This document shows positions 63,344-64,000 of a stretch of DNA of 64,000 bases, piece after piece (the stretch's first letter is position 1; every line of letters starts with the position of its first letter). Source of the stretch: an uncultured Armatimonadetes bacterium (GTDB lineage Bacteria; Armatimonadota; Hebobacteria; Hebobacterales; Hebobacteraceae); assembly GCA_963716175.1 (NCBI GenBank), contig OY970296.1, positions 2,016,001 through 2,080,000 of the forward strand. The letters run 5' to 3'. The notes beneath the pieces are model-generated. The model was not told the DNA's origin and did no database searches. It saw nothing but the letters and a program-made list of their open reading frames with translations. A program made the translations under genes and the position numbers.

Positions 63344-63592
63344 GGCCACCCCCCGACTCCAGCCTCCCCCTCGGCTGGGAGTCACGTCCGGGGTTCCGTC
63401 GCGGATGGGGCGGGCAAGCCGGCGCACGACAGGGGCCGAAGCGCTGGATGCCCTGCTAACTCCAGTGCCGGATCGACCTCCTCGCCCATCCTCGGTGCCT
63501 CCGAGACCAGGGGTGTCCACGAATGCACAGAATAGGATGAGACGGGCTGTGTGGCTGCTCCGGGAGGCAGATGAGTTCTCGGATAGCGCGGG
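63344..63592 (+). repeat. Dispersed element, full-length copy
   Basis: GACTCC...GGAGTCACGTCCGGGGTTCCGTCGCG...AGGGGTGTCC..CAGAATA...GGGAGGCAGATGAGTTCTCGGATAGCGCGGG. Confidence 0.88.
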
Positions 63593-63615
63593 CAAGTTGT
63601 GGACTAGAGAACAAC

Positions 63616-64000
63616 ATGAAGCCGAAGGTAATCCTCGACCCGCACTTCCGCCGCCTGGACCTGATCTTCTCGGAGGAGGACCGGGAGCGCATTCACGCTC
63701 TCGCGGAGGTCGTCTGGGGACATGACGAGCCGATGCCCGCGGATGAGATCGCGAAGCATCGCGAGGACGCGGTTGCGATCATCGCCGGCTCTTGGCGCCA
63801 TGGCGATGTGGCCGGCATTCCCCGCCTGAGGGCCTTCCTGGAGGTCGGCGGCGGCTTCCCATCGCCCGCCTCCCTCGACTACGACACCTGCTTCGCTCGG
63901 GGCATCCGCGTGCTGAGCTGCGCTCCTGCCTTTGGCCCGGCGGTGGCGGAGATGGGCCTGGCGATGGCACTCGCCGCCGCGCGCCAATTGGTCGAGACCG
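63616..64000 (+). CDS. D-2-hydroxyacid dehydrogenase-like protein, 3'-partial
   Basis: MKPKVILDP...RGIRVLSCAPAFGPAVAEMGLAMAL; frame is open to the window end. Confidence 0.8.
   Translation, partial: MKPKVILDPHFRRLDLIFSEEDRERIHALAEVVWGHDEPMPADEIAKHREDAVAIIAGSWRHGDVAGIPRLRAFLEVGGGFPSPASLDYDTCFARGIRVLSCAPAFGPAVAEMGLAMALAAARQLVET

Noticed and set aside
1262-63592. The repeat family as a CRISPR array
   Set aside because: Copies are long, degenerate and kilobases apart, with no regular spacers and no cas genes.
1262-63592. Classical integron with attC sites
   Set aside because: No RYYYAAC...GTTRRRY boundaries, intervening genes lie on both strands, and the recombinase remnants look Xer-like with no recognisable IntI.

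Overview
This is a high-GC bacterial accessory region. Armatimonadota is likely, inferred from SLH-tailed glycosidases, a DUF6785-like membrane protein and a prepilin/DUF1559/H-X9-DG protein. It holds about 35 functionally unrelated intact genes: secreted peptidases, glycosidases, GNATs, dhaKL, panB, alkaline phosphatase and others. It also has an intact IS21 element (17211-19868, ACCTGT target duplication), a decayed serine-recombinase integrative element (~25.3-32.0 kb) and many short gene scraps. The main signal not explained by these genes is a dispersed, degenerate non-coding element of ~250-270 bp. About 18 copies or partial copies were counted by eye, 9 of them near full length. It has three modules: a GACTCC...GGAGTC hairpin, a middle module with a -10-like GAGAAT, and a 3' GGGAGCCAGATGAGTTTCCGGACAG end. 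A ~17-bp imperfect inverted repeat links the first and last modules. The element sits between genes and abuts both Xer-type tyrosine-recombinase remnants. Its 3' end repeatedly coincides with gene truncation or fusion points. It is a candidate undescribed recombinase-linked gene capture/shuffling element; a MITE/REP composite is the main alternative. All calls come from reading the sequence; no searches were run.
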